Assembly: GCA_035084275.1 (NCBI GenBank) | Contig: CM068759.1 | Location: 2,418,001-2,482,000, forward strand | Source of the DNA: Hydrolagus colliei | Lineage: Eukaryota | Direction of reading: 5' to 3' | Length of the DNA stretch: 64,000 nt | Shown: piece by piece, positions 11,766-25,385 of the stretch | Numbering within the stretch: the stretch's first letter is position 1 | Layout: each line of letters opens with the position of its first letter | Made by a program: the position numbers and the translations under genes | The notes under the pieces: model-generated | The model's database searches: none | What the model saw: the letters and a program-made list of their open reading frames with translations, nothing else | What the model was told of the DNA's origin: nothing

Positions 11766-13289
11766 GTTGTGTTGTTAACGTTAAATGAGAACAGTTTTTC
11801 TGTCCACCTATACCGCAATTGATTTTTGTTAAATGTTTGCCTCTCTTAACAATTCTGATCAAGCTTAAACATTCAAATGCCCACTGTTGGGCATTGCGGT
11901 AACTATTTCACCCAGCATCAATGATTGGCAAGCAGTGGATAAAGTAGACAAAGAGAAAAAAAAAAATCCTCAAATTGCTTACAATGTAAGAAAGCATCTT
12001 CTGAGAAACAGCCATGATTACATCAAGCCAACTTCAGTCAAAGGCTATATCAAGTGTATCTTATTATGAATTCTATCCACCATTCTATACACATGGGGTG
12101 GAGTGGATTCTGCATTAATACATGTTGATCTCCGAAGGCCAAGTTAGCCAGGGAAACTATCTCTGTTTTCCTTTCTTGGGGGCTCTGACTGATGACTACC
12201 TACATTTGAGACCAGAGCAGGTCATAAAGGAGTAATTTGGTGCGTGAAGGCCAATGGATACTACCAACTGGTGACTTATAGTTTTATATTATTCTCAATT
12301 CATTTCCATTGGAAAAAAAAACCTATTGAGATTCAGGTTTCTTTGTTACTATCAGAGCTTTGAGCTTTGGTTCACTTTTGCTTCTCAGCAATATAGAAAC
12401 TCACGGTGATTGAGATTTATAGATTCCAAACACTGCACAGTTTGCTTTTGCTTATTCCACTCACTTCCCGACTTGTGCAACTCCAACATCCTCAGCCACT
12501 TTAATTCCACTATTTGTCCTCGAGGACTCTTGCTTTCGTTGTACATTATTTTTAATTGGGTTAGATTTCCCCAGAGTGATTAACTTGAGGGATGTTGTTA
12601 GAGCTTTAGCAATTATGGCTTCAGTGTGCTTGTCTCCCTAGTAACCTAAATTGGTTTGGGAAGGTATCTTTTCCCGTTCCATTCTGTTGTATCACAACAT
12701 GAACAATGCAATGTCCATGTATGAATTCAACACTAATAGCCACAATATATATTTCTAGAATAGCTTATTTGCAAAGGTCTTTGCAGATTTCTCACCTGGG
12801 TTCACACTTCAGTCTTTTTTTCAATTAGTCTTAGGATAATATTTACCTTTTAAGATATTACTGAAGTAAATGTATGGTTTTTTTTATTAAAGCAACTCTT
12901 GACAGTTTTTATTATATTTTGATGTCAAGTGGTCTCTTGGATAAAACACTTCCATCAACATATTTTTGATGTTTGATCTAAAATTCTAATACATTACCAT
13001 ATCTACTGGCTTCCACTCTAAATACTGTCAAAGTTTTAATACATAATACGCTTGCAGCGTATCAGGCAGGAAATGAAATCCTAATTAGGATCAACATAGG
13101 GTTTATATTTGTTGTGAGGAGCTGTTTTCATTATTTATCACTGAAGCTGATACCCTGATGTGTTTGTTGGAGAAATTCTTCTCAGGCTGAACCTGTGAGC
13201 ATCAAAAGGTATACAACAAAGTATAGCGGGCAGTTGAGAGGTAAGTGTAAATTCCTTTATGGGATTATACAGACTGTACAGCAATGGAA

Positions 13290-13460
13290 CTACATCATGG
13301 AAACAAACAATTTGGCCCGATTAGTCTGTGCTGTTGTGTATCCTTCATGTGAGTCTTCACCCTTTCCCACATCCCTCTATTCCTTTCCATCTTTATAAAC
13401 GTATCAGGTCTCCTCTTAAATGTGTTGATACTTTCTGCTTCAACCACAGCCTCCAATTTA
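13290..13460 (-). mobile_element. CR1 LINE 3' end
   Basis: Translation AVVEAESINTFKRRPD (CR1 ORF2 C-terminus) and terminal GGGCCAAATTG motif. Confidence 0.7.
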
Positions 13461-14827
13461 GTGATAAGTGATAATTCATTTCCCTTTAAGTATGAAATCA
13501 CTCTTAGGGCTGTCATTTGAGGAACTGTTGACGTCTTGCAATTAACGTTGTCTTAATCCTCTATTTCAAAGACAGTGGAAGGAACGCAAAGGTCTAAATC
13601 TCATCACACATATTCCCCTGTTTCACTCTGCTCATCCTCCTTTGTTTGCTTAACTTAGGAACCCTGCTTATCTCCTGCCTGGCAACGCTATCATTTGCCA
13701 AACCTTCTGTTACGAGTGAAGTTTGGTATTTGGACTTGTTGCTAGGATTTCAATTTGTCAAGTGTGAAATCCAAGTTTAATTAAACTCTCTCTAATTGGT
13801 GTCTATGTGGAAAGTAACATGGGAAATCCCACAAGAGTAGATTAAAAAAAGTCTAGGGACATCCAGCTAAGGTGGCAGAACTATTGTTATAAATCACTTT
13901 TTATTAATTTTTCTCTAAATGGCAGAAAGATCTATGGATCAGAATGGTATCCGTCTGCTCTTGGTAACCAGTCCTCATGTAACCCAGGCCACCCAATCGC
14001 ACACATCTTTTTTTTCCCATTCCGTGAGATTGCTAGTTTATGGATCTGTTATACTGTATTCTGGAGTGAGTTTGGTGCAAAAGTACATTGTTTCACATGC
14101 CACATTGAGAGGAAATGGTATGCTTTCACTCAGTCGATTCTAAATTCCTATCAATATCATCGAGTGTTTTTATATTACTACAATTGTTTTTTGTAAGATA
14201 AATAACGTAGAGCAAATATTCACGAAATAAAAAATCTTTCCGTTGTTGCAAGATATGCCTTGAAAAATGCTATACAAATGTAATTTTGTTGTTGTTGTAC
14301 AAAAAAGACACTTTAAAATGAAAACTTGTATGTTTGGCTGTTCATCGGTTGTACATCTGAAGAAAAACACTGTACAGTATAACTATTTCAGTAAAGTTTG
14401 TCTATTAGAAAAACAGATTTTGCCAGGCCACTGTGTATGAATTAAAGGAAAGAGTGTGGATAAGTGAGATTCTGTTTTATGGAGAAAGGGTGTAGGTTTG
14501 GGACTATTAGTGGTGATTTGCTCTTTAATTAGTGTCTTCTTCCCACACTCTAATACTGTTTCCTTGGGAGACCATGAGGTCCACATCAATGTGTTCAGTA
14601 AATAGCAACAGCGAAGCTATCACTGGGTGGAGAATGTTAGATTGCCAATAACTGGGTTGTTATTCAAGCTACGAGTTTTATTTAGATGAACCTCATAGTT
14701 ACACAAGCGCTGCATTTGATTCTGTGGGAGGGGTGTAAGGGAGGGGTGAATGGGTGGGTGATTTCATGTGTCTCAGTATGTCAATGCTAATAAGGGGATG
14801 AGTGCTTATTGGAATGCTGGAAATTGA

Positions 14828-14985
14828 TGATAATAATAATGTTTACATTTGATGTAGCTCCTGATCATGTCTTCAAAGCATCTCAAAGCGCTTCGCACTG
14901 TTTACCGTACCATTACATGAACTGTATATTTGTGGGCGAACCATGGCAACGAATTGTGCACAGCAGCGTTCCACAAACAATCGTT
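14828..14985 (-). mobile_element. SINE 3' half
   Basis: Deu and tail segments matching the other copies. Confidence 0.75.
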
Positions 14986-15296
14986 TGAAACAGGAGGAAG
15001 CCAACCAGTGTCTCAAGCCCATTCCTCCATTCTATAAAATCATGGCTGATCGGTAAAGATTAACTGATGCATTGAAGTTGGCACATTGGATAAGGTCAAA
15101 GAGAAACTTCCTTTGCTATAAACTCACCAGAGATACAGATCTGCCAAAGCTCAGTTATTTTCAGTGGGAGATAATTTGTTTATATAAAGAAAATGGAACT
15201 TGTTTTCAAAAACGGATTATTGCTTGACCGTGGGAACTCCGCTTTGTGGTTAGAGCACTCGCCTTACAAATGTGAGACCTGTGTTCGAATCCAGGC

Positions 15297-15680
15297 AACA
15301 ACAACAACGGCAAAATTGCACTTATATAGCGCCTTTCACGTCGGGAGGACGTCCCAAAGCGCTGAACAGTCTGGTCGGGACCCAAGCGGAGGGGGGGAGG
15401 GTCGCTGTGGGGGAAGAGTTAGGGGGGCAGCCGAAGGCACGGTCGAAGAGGAAGGTCTTGAGACCGACCTTGAAGGAGGAAAGTGAGGAAGTGAGGCGGA
15501 GGGGCCGTGGGATGGAGAGGCTGAAAGCCTGGTCGAGCAATGGTTGGGCGGTTAGGGCGGTGGACGCGGAGCAGGCTTGAGTCTGCTGAATGGAGGGTAT
15601 GGGTGGGCTAATAGGGAGACAGTAGGTCAGAGAGATAGGTGGGGGCAAGGCCGCGAATGACCTTGAAAGTGAGGACGAGG
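15297..15680 (-). mobile_element. L2 LINE 3' fragment
   Basis: IPRPLRLTSSLSSFKVGLKTFLFDRAF and intact tail CAGCGCTTTGGGACGTCCTCCCGACGTGAAAGGCGCTATATAAG followed by (TTG)n. Confidence 0.9.
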
Positions 15681-15702
15681 CAGGGGGAAACCTTGAGCAA
15701 GT

Positions 15703-16027
15703 GGAGCTCCTGTGGCTCTGTGGTTAGAGCACTTGTCTTGCAAGCTGGGGAGACCAAGCTGGGGAGACCTGTGTTCGAATCCAGGCAGGTCAGGGCGAAA
15801 CCTTGGGCAAGTTTCCTTACTCCATACGCCTAATAATAATCCCTCCAAAAAAATCACAATAATAAAATTGGTCATTTCAATCCACGACTGTGTGTGGGAC
15901 GCTGCTGTGCGCAATTGGCTGCCGCGATTCGCCCACAAATATATACAGTCAATTCACTTTACAGTGTATTCTGTGAAGCGCTTTGGGACGTTGATAAAAT
16001 GTGGAAAGCGCTATATCAAATGCAAGG

Positions 16028-16062
<35 letters not shown>

Positions 16063-16063
16063 G
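15703..16063 (+). mobile_element. Young full-length SINE with (TAT)n tail
   Basis: Complete head, Deu domain and tail; 14-bp tandem duplication CAAGCTGGGGAGAC in the tRNA head; (TAT)n at ~16028-16062. Confidence 0.92.
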
Positions 16064-17832
16064 ATTAAGTTTCCTTACTCCACACACCTAATAATAATCC
16101 CTCAAAATAAAACGATAATAAAATTGATTGTTTCAATTCACGACAGTTTGGGAGACATTGCTGTGCGCTGTATTCTGTGAAGCGCTTTGAGACATCTAGA
16201 AGATGTGAAAATGCAAGGATTGTTATTTTATTATTATATATAACTAAGACGATAATTGTTTGAGAAGGCTTTTGTTGGCTTGCAAAGACACCCCAAAATA
16301 GTTTCTTTTAAACATTGGAGATGGGAGCTTACATTTCTTTTTTTCAGAAAGTTTGCACAGGCCTACAATATGCTAAAGTATTTCTGAAATCTACATACCA
16401 GAGTGCGACTTACTCAAACACGGCCAATTGGTTTTAATGAAGCTTTACTGTTCCTAGGTGACACATAAATATTTCAATAGACAACGAAACGCTGTCGTCT
16501 ATAATCAATCGTTAGTTTCTTGGGTTAGTAATGTTTAGATAAGGTACTTTTCTCTCTCCACGTCTCCTGGGATTTGACCAAGCCTTTGAGCATTGCAAGT
16601 CTTTCCACTCAGTGTGAAATTTGAAATAACTCACTTTAACAAAAATAAATGTTGTTTTCAATATGATTTAACCCAAACAAGAACTGAAATTGGATATTGC
16701 CGTTGCGGAGACCAATATTTGTGGATGGAGGAGTCCCTCGGGGGTTTAATACATGGCTCGCTACTTTTTCATCATTTATATTAATGATCTCCGCAATCTT
16801 GGAATTACTGCAAGACTTTAAAGCCTGTGCAAATAGCATCGTGGTGTGCTATTTTGATCAAACAGTGCAGGAGGCTTTGGAAATTGTTATTCCTGGTATA
16901 CGATGTCTACAGTACATTCCTTGTGAGGCATGGCAGTCAAAAGTGCTAGGGGTAAGGGGAAGGAGAGTAGGAGAGGGAGAGAGTTAGGAGGTGAGCAGAG
17001 GGCACAGTCGAAGAGGAAGGAGGACGAATATATATATACCATGCTAATGGTATATATACATATATGTAGAAAGAGAGAGAGAAGGCTTTTATTCCCTCTT
17101 CCACAATTACCTATCGGCTGTGATTAAATCTTCAGCAGTTTGGAGCAGCAAATGTAAAAAATGAAAATTGTCACCTTTCATTATTTGTCAAACGGCTGCA
17201 ATTTGAAAGTAATTTATTTCTCCAGTATTGGTCTTTAGCTTCCATATTGCAAACTGTGGAATAAATATGCTCCTCCTTACAATTAACCAGATGAAAGGCT
17301 GTTTTACTATTTGCGAGACCATTTCATAGCAGATAAATACATAAAATTATAACTACATTGCTAGCTCACAAACTCCAACTATTTGTAGCAATAAGACAAG
17401 ATTGCTTTTTTAAAGAAAAGAAAGTGAGGAGCGGGTGAAGAATTTTCAAAGTAAGAAGGATTTTTGAAAAAAAACAACAAAGTTGCAGTGGAGATGTAAT
17501 ACAACATATCCCAAGGGGTAGAAATTATGCATTTTGACACAAATGTTGTTACCAAAATGCATTTAAAATGCCTGGTATTGGTTATTCCAGATTCTGGGAG
17601 AATGTGTTGATTAATTCTCTGACTCATTAGAATTTTTTTTAAAAAAACTTGCATTTGATAAGCACTTTTCACGTCGGAAGGACCTCACAGAATTTTCTCT
17701 CGAGTGTAATGAGTGTGCATTTTGCAAAGGAAAGGATGGTGTTTATTGATATTTCTGATGTGCGTTAATTTACGTCAAAGTGGGAACAGTGTTAGTGTCG
17801 GACAGACGTGGATGGACCACATGTCAAAACTA

Positions 17833-18157
17833 GCTGATTGGTTCTGCCATCACAACAATGTATTGATTGCACAAACGGGTGAATGATACTGATGACTTTT
17901 AATGATGGTCTATTGCCAGTCTGAGATTTTAGACAACAACAAGTCTTCATCGAATTGGATATAACAAAATCATAGAAATTACTGTCGGACTCCGGGACTA
18001 TACACTCCACCTGAGGATTAGACAATTCCCAGATGGTTCTTCCTTCATCTGGTTCCTTTTACCTGTTTCTCTTTGAAGTTACCACCTTTCATTTTGAACA
18101 AATGTATAGAAGCCCTTTAGAACAAAGTGGGTACCCAATTCCTTTTACTACCCACAT
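17833..18157 (-). pseudogene. Unit 2 exon relic (~aa 1160-1205)
   Basis: Open frame ending IIHPFVQSIHCCDGRTNQ vs AFNPFHVYKAFSENMLDQ; donor degenerate. Confidence 0.5.
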
Positions 18158-20040
18158 CTGAAGCACATGGTTCCTTTGATATTATTCTCCTACTACACTG
18201 GTGTGTGCCCAATAACAGGTAAAAAGAAATGTCAAAGTAACCCCCAGAACAATGGAGGCAATGAAAACCGCAACTCAGTGACTGTAGATTACGTTATAAA
18301 TAAGGAGAGTGCAAGGCCAACATTCATGCCAAAACCTAGCTTTAGGCATTATCAATACATTCAAGTGTATGATAAAAGGCCATTGTAAAAATTAGAATTT
18401 CTACCTCAAGGTGATCGTGGCTGAACTCCTAATACATTTTGTGCCATTTTGTGGATGAGACCAGCAACTTGAAATCTAAGAGCACGGTGTGTTATACAGT
18501 ACCTTCCCATCCACTCACAAACAGTGTTCAACATCAATCTCTACTCATAGGAATCAAAACCAAATGATTTCAAATGGACTTCCTCAATCAAGGACTCCGA
18601 GGAACTGGAAGTATGTCAGGTTGACTTGTGGGAATCCTGCTCAAAGTAGATCACCAAAGGAGGGCGTTCCCAAGAGTTGGAGTGTTGTCTTTATGTATAA
18701 TAAAAACAATTCTTAAAGGACTTCTCAAAGTGCTTCACAGGATACACCCTGGTTGTGTTGTGACTTTAGTGAGTTTAATGAAATTGTTTTGAAACTGCTG
18801 TGGTTTAGACCTGCCCTGGCTGTCAATTTATGGTTGTATTCTACATAGGTACTCATGACATAACACGTGTTGTTATTGTATTTGCAAGACTAATGAGATA
18901 ATAATTTTATTGATTAAAATACATCTATTCTACTGTCCTTGGCTTGGGAGTCAATTCCAAGCTACAGTGAAGGAAATTTCTATGATGCACGTTTATTCAT
19001 AAACTATTATATTTTTGCAACAGAGTGTGAATGTTGGGAAAACAATATACTTAGTTTTAACCACAAATTCTAGCAGGAAAGTATGTCACAATTCATTGCG
19101 TGCTTTAGTTTTTTAACAAATTCTGAAGAGTGTGTGACTGCAGCAATAAATTGTGTACATTATTTCACTCTGAGGTGTGTTCAATGGGTGTGAGAGCCAG
19201 CTGAATCTTAACCAGAGGCAAAGGACTCTTTTGAACAACTAAACTAGAACTTTGTGTCAAGGTGATTCTGGAAATATTGATAGATGCGAAGTTTGCACAG
19301 TAACACAAAAAAGGTCTGGGGCACTCATCAGTTTACAGGAATTCAATGAAAATAAATCAATTTCCAGGTCCCTTGCAGTGTAGTTTTCGAGCAGTCGAGT
19401 CAAAAGCTTTTTCAAGCTAGTGTGAGGAAGCCAAAGTCTGTTTGGCTGAGTTTTAAAGAATTCTTTACTGATAAAAATCAACTGCTAAAAGCAATAATTT
19501 GAGCCAATGGAAAGCCAGAAGAGAGGGCCCATCATAAATAACATGCCAATCTCCACTGTGGCAACAGAGAATAGGTTCGACTTGAAAAGGGCTACATCAA
19601 TTGCAATGGATAATTTATTGTTTGAAATAATTTTGAATGAATGTTTACTTTCCCACTCCAAGGGCTGCTCAGTGGTGAACAAAGTGATTTGCAAATGGGT
19701 TAGCAATTATGTCGGATTCTATGCTTTGCTTTGAGGTGATCACCTCCATTAACACTGATCATCGTCATCTCACATTTGAATGACTAAATGGAAAAGTAGA
19801 AAAAATCTAATGTAAGTAATCAAGTCAGCAATTTTCCAATTTATTTCCCCCAGGTCAAGTTACAACACTGTTCAGCATATTTCAGATTTGAAACAGCAGT
19901 CAAGAATTTTAATTCTTTTGAGTCAATGAATTTCGGGAAAATTTGTTAAGTGGTGTGATGTGAAAGCTTTGCGATGCATCTTATTGGAATCGGTGATATG
20001 TTTAAAAACTGGTGCTGAATGTTTCCTGTTGGGAAAACAA

Positions 20041-20098
20041 GCACACACACACACACAGATAGACACACAGACGCACGCATGCACGCACAAACACACAG
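20041..20098. repeat. Imperfect (CA)n microsatellite
   Basis: Direct reading. Confidence 0.9.
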
Positions 20099-20689
20099 CG
20101 AAGAGCAATGCTGAACAGAAAAGAAAGAATCACTGATTAAGATTTGTAAACTTACAAGCAAACATGGGATGTCTTACAAGTTTGACAACTGGGTGGTTGA
20201 AACTTGTAGTTTTGAGATTTTGCATGGTGATATGGCAAAACTAGTGAAGGCACGCAAACCTATTAAATGCTTGTAGCCATGATATCACATCAAACCAGTT
20301 TGGGTGGGCCCCATCTCTACTCTGCACCCCCAACAAGCCTAAGATTGCTTGTTTTTTGGTTGATGAATCTCCTTTCCGTACCAATATTGTATTTTTATAT
20401 TAATTTCAGATGGTGGATTGTTATTATTAAGCTTTAAACTAATGCTAAGTATCATATGCAATAACGAACACAACAAATTACAACTTCTCATCAAGTATTT
20501 TGATTTACAACTTGCATTTATATACAGTACATTTATCTTCATGTGAGGCAGTGTTCCAGAATGCTTTGAATTGCTTTTAATATACCTTTATACAAGCATT
20601 AATAATTATACATATTCATGGTGTCACATGATTCCACAAAATTCACATCTTTGATTTTGTTTGAAAGCCTAAGGCCAGGAAGTAACTGA

Positions 20690-21015
20690 ACACAGTGTTG
20701 CTTTTCTGGCCAGGCTCCACTGGTTCTCCATCATCGAGCGGATCAACTTCCAGATCCTCACACTCGTGTTCAATTTCCTTCACTCTCTGGTACCTCGCTA
20801 GCTCTCCGACCTGCTCACTCCCCAATCTGCTTGACTGGCAAGCTCATCCCCCACCACCCTCCACCCCATCATCGGACGTCACACTTTCAGCCACGGGAGG
20901 CCCCAAAACCCTGGAACACTCCCCCTCAATCCCTCTGCCTTACCCCCTCTCACCCATTTTTCAAGACCTCGTGAAAACCTCCGCCACTGTTAAGCGCTCT
21001 GAGATGCTACCCTGA
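20690..21015 (+). mobile_element. L2 LINE 3' fragment
   Basis: LARLHWFSIIERINFQILTLVF (L2 LHWLP..RI.FK motif), then PKTLEHSP and tail remnant AAGCGCTCTGAGATG. Confidence 0.8.
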
Positions 21016-23236
21016 TTACTACCCTCAAACAAAAACATTATCTGTATGATACAAATACTGAAGACAATCTAAATGAGGAACAACTCCAAATCAAATGGTT
21101 TATTTGACAGGGAATCCCAGATAAGCTGCTATTGTTGTGGGTTGACTTTTACTGATTATGATGGTTGAACTGTTCAGATCTATAAGGTGATCTTATCAAT
21201 CCTCATTTTTATTCTTTTATTTTGTCAAAACAAAACAGCATTTCGGAATGGACGGTGGTAGCCGAAGGCAAAGAGATTGAGGAAAGGATGGAAGACGGGT
21301 AAATTTAATGGAAAATAGCAATATAAGAACTAAGAGAAGAAAGAAAGAACTAAGAGTGAAAATTGAGACAGTGAGCACAGCTTTATGTTTTTAAATGAAA
21401 ATAATATATTTTTTGTACTTAGTTTCATGTTTACGAGTAGTGTTCAAGTTATCCTAGTGAATCAACCATTTGCATTGATTCCAGTGTCACAGAAGCGTGA
21501 ATTGCAATATACAGTACTTAACTTGAAATATACATGTATAAAGTATTATTACAGTATTGTATATATTTTTAATTGCGTTACTCAATCCATGACTGTTTGT
21601 AGGACACTGCTGTGCGCAATTGGTCGCTGCGTTTCGTCTGCAAAATACAGTGACTTAACTTTACGTTATATTCTGTGAAGTTGTTTGCAGCGTGTTGAGT
21701 GTTGGGAGATCCGCAGTACAGCACTGAAGTGATCGCTGCAGACTTGGCCACGATTCATTCAGCTGCTGATGATTCTTTCGTGTTATGAAATACGGCCCAC
21801 TTAAAGTGACCAGTCTTGCATCTGTAACAAAACATCATGTTCGCACCGCAGGCTTGTTGGGAACTGGTTCAAATGGAACCAGTTCTGAATAGCCTCAGGC
21901 TGGGAGTGTTCGGATCCTGACCCATTTAATTGTGGGGTGGATTCCAAAGCACCAGTGGCAACATGGAAACAGCTGTGGTTGCGTGCGTTCGCAGTGGTTT
22001 CCAAATCACAAGTTTCCAATTTTTAATAAGGAAGTGAAATTGAAGAAGGCCCTTCCAGTTCGTTGCCAAAACGACATGGGTGGATTTATTTTGTTGTTGT
22101 GGTGGTTGTTGTTGTTGTCACAGCTGATGATTGCCAAGAAAACATCACTGCCAACTGAACATAATAAATAAACTACAAATAACCCTTATGTTCAATACAA
22201 CAACAACAACAAAATTACATTTGTAAAGCGCCTTTCAGGTTGGCAGGAAATCCTTTCGCTTTCAGGTGGCCATTTCAAAGTGCTTTCCAGAACATACTGT
22301 AAGATGTGGTGACTGTGTGTTTTGTGCGCGAATGCGGCAGCCAATTTACGTACAGCAATGTCCCACAAACCAGAACACCGGGACACATCCAGTGGACTGT
22401 TAGTATAGTGCCTGAGGAGGGGAATTATACACATTGTATTATTTTGTATATGCATTCATTAGGAATTTCCTAATTCATTAGGAAATTTGCATTTTGTACA
22501 CTATCATAACCACGATTGTAAGGTATATTTTTAATGAACATTGTGGTTGGAGGCTCATTAGAAAGCGAGATAAAACTAAATGCTATCCTGCACACCAGAC
22601 TCGAAGAATTGCATTCCTGTTAACTGACCTTTCGGTGAATCTTTGCTTTCAATTACAGTACTATTGGTCGACGTGGAGTATAAATCCCACTGCAGGCACA
22701 GACCCGGGATTGTCTGGTTCCATTATTAATTGGCTAAGACGGAAGTTGAACGACTGCAATTCTATGAAGTCAATTGTGCCTGATTGAGGCAGAAACGGAA
22801 AATAATGAAGACATCAGTAAAATGGCACATTGACCTAATGTTACGGGTGATGAAGGTGGCTGCCAGAGTTTGACGCGTGTTCTAGTTTTGAGAGGGTTTT
22901 CAAGCCTATGAATGTAAACTAACCAAGTACCATATCTATTTTAAACACAGAACTGAATAATAATTGGTAGGTCACTCCTCTTCCCCACCCCCAGCCAGTA
23001 ATGTTGAGCGCTCTGACATGAGGGACACTTTATTGTGTATTGTATCACAACAATTAGACAAACTAGTTTTCCCAACCAGGCTCTGACTGCATTGATTTAT
23101 TCTTTGGATATGGTAATTTATGGGAAGATAAGAAAGATTTCCTACACAGCGAGTAAATCAGCCACAGACTTAATTGGCACAGCCGAAAAACAAGTCAATG
23201 TAACTGTGGCCCAGCTTCGGAAACATTGGTTACAGT

Positions 23237-23550
23237 AATAATAATAATAATCCTTGCATTTGATATAGAGCTTTCCATGACTTCTAGATGTCTCAAAGCA
23301 CTTCATAGAATATACTGTAAAGTGAATTGACTGCATATTTTGTGTGCAAAACTTGGCAGCCAATTGTGCGTATTAGTGTCCCACAAATAGTCGTGGATCG
23401 AAGTGACCAATTTATGATTATTGTTTTGAGGGATTATTATCAGGCATGTGGAGTCAGGAAGGTTCCCAAGGTTTTCCATAGACGGGAATCGAACCCAGGT
23501 CTCTCGCTTGCAAGGCGAGTGGCTCTAACCACTGAGCTACGGGACTCCAC
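23237..23550 (-). mobile_element. Young full-length SINE
   Basis: GTAGCTCAGTGGTTAGAGCCACTCGCCTTGCAAGCGAGAGACCTGGGTTCGATTCCC head, Deu domain, tail and (TTA)n. Confidence 0.92.
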
Positions 23551-23714
23551 GAGTTGGGATGAACCGTGGTGTCAGAGGAAGCAGCAAAGATCTAAACTAA
23601 GACTGAAGAGCAGGACTCAACAGCCATGTGAAATTTAACAATTAATGGGTGCTTTATGCTCAACATTTCATTTTTAAAATATACATACAGTACAATCCTT
23701 GTTAGTCCAAGAAA

Positions 23715-23888
23715 CAAATTTGTAGTCACTCAATCCACGACTGTTTGTGGGACACTGCCATGCACAATTGGCGTTCCACCCACAAAAAATAACACAGTCA
23801 CTTCACTTTACAATGTATTCTGTGAAGCAATCTGAGACGTTTCAATGATATGATAAGGTGCTCTATCGAACGTAAGGATTATTATTGT
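23715..23888 (+). mobile_element. SINE 3' half
   Basis: CAATCCACGACTGTTTGTGGGACACTG...AAGGATTATTATT. Confidence 0.8.
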
Positions 23889-24399
23889 TAGTAATAGTAT
23901 ACAAAGCATTTATTTACGTTGTGACAAACACGTGGACATTACATGTGATCATTAGACTATCTTCTATATGTTGATTTATGCAGTCTTCATTGGGCAGTAG
24001 CAGGTTTTAGGTCCATTTGTTTAGTATTCACTTACAAGGAATTTAGACTGAAATAGATTACATTGTGGTTTCTAGCTTTCACTGGAGCTTTCACTTTTGT
24101 TCATGTAATATTTTTCATACTGTTATGGCTTTCATACTGTTAACTGCTGTCATAGTGTTATTGCTTTGGTTCTTTATTGAAATAACTGAAAGCCACGGAA
24201 CAAGTGACTGATACATTTTGAACTGCAAACTGATAAAATGACTAAATCTGGAAATGTATGAACCACAGTAAATTTAGATTGTTTTCTTCTGTTCAAAACA
24301 GTGAACGGAATGAGTGCCGTTTGGAATTATCATGGGATTTTTAATCTCTTTCACTCTACAGAAATATTCACTTATCCAGTAATTACTTAAGTAGTGTTC

Positions 24400-24900
24400 A
24401 CTGCATAACTAATAGCTCTCAATGAATAGCAAAATCATCAATCTTCATGCAACTGCATGCTTTTAGAATTTTATTTTGTTTGCCACAACATTTCTGGATT
24501 TCAAGAGCCAGTTGATTGAGCTGCATGTGAAATATGCGTCAGACAAAGTGCACTAACAAAAGAAAGACCAGCTGTCCTGGTCTTGAAAAGCAAAGCAAAC
24601 GGGAATGAAAGGTAACGGAAAGAATGTGGAAATGAAAGAATCGACTGTAAGTAATTGCGTATAATGTGCAGTGAGAATTCGCAAATTTGGCCAGAGAAGG
24701 ATTCAGAAAGATAAGCACACCCATCTCAGGAACAGATATTTAATTAAAGTGGTATTATTTTGCTTCAAACGTGGGTTGTGGATATCATTATACAAAGCTT
24801 TCCAGCGCTTACTGAACCTCCATGTTGTGGGACAATATTTGTTCCGGTAGCTTGGCTTGGGGAAATCCAGCTGACAGGATAGTTGGCGTCTTATTAACAC
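24400..24900 (-). pseudogene. Unit 2 exon relic (~aa 1040-1160)
   Basis: MQLNQLALEIQKCCGKQNKILKACSCMKIDD vs [31 protein letters not shown]; boundaries approximate. Confidence 0.55.
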
Positions 24901-24964
24901 GTCAATCTTATAAACTTACCTGACCATTTAATTAATTAAACAATAAATACTGTATAATCCTTGC

Positions 24965-25385
24965 AGCTGCTATGGCTCAGTGGTTAGAGCACTTGCCTTC
25001 CAAATGGGAGACTGGCTAAAGGTTTGATTCTGGGGCAGGGTGAAATGTTGGGCAAGTTTCCTTTCGCCACTCGCTTCTCTTTACCTAGCAGTGAGTTCTT
25101 TATTGAAATAACTGAAAGCCACGGAACAAGTGACTGATACATTTTGGACTGTAAACTGATAAAATGACTGAATCTGTCATTAGTGAATTGGCGGATCGCT
25201 TTGCTGGGGGTAATAATTCCTTTTTAAAACAAAATTGGTCACTCACTCCACGATTGTTTGTGGGACACTGCTGTGAACAATTGGGTGCTGTGTTTCGCTC
25301 ACAAAATATACAGTCAATTCAGTTTATAGTACATTCTGTGAAGTGCTTCAAAAACATGATAAAGTACAAATGCAATGATTATTAA
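24965..25385 (+). mobile_element. SINE (longer variant) carrying an 82-bp local insertion
   Basis: Head GGCTCAGTGGTTAGAGCAC at 24974; Deu and tail at ~25235-25385. Confidence 0.8.

Larger units (their letters stand above)
15229..16240 (+). mobile_element. Host SINE interrupted by an L2 and by a second SINE
   Basis: Head at 15229-15297, continuation GCAGGGGGAAACCTTGAGCAAG at ~15680-15701, remainder AAGTTTCCTTACTCCACAC... at 16067-16240. Confidence 0.8.

Noticed and set aside
15712-16068. ORFs with shared peptides (SIHFTVYSVKRFE, DAAVRNWLP) across the window
   Set aside because: They are translations of SINE copies, not a protein family.
16673-16824. Possible extra exons (also 18395-18700 and 27078-27200)
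   Set aside because: Splice-like signals are present but I see no motif match, so I did not annotate them.
23480-23545. tRNA-like sequences (also ~5215-5265, 11710-11762, 15712-15785, 24972-25032)
   Set aside because: They are SINE heads that run straight into SINE bodies, not stand-alone tRNA genes.
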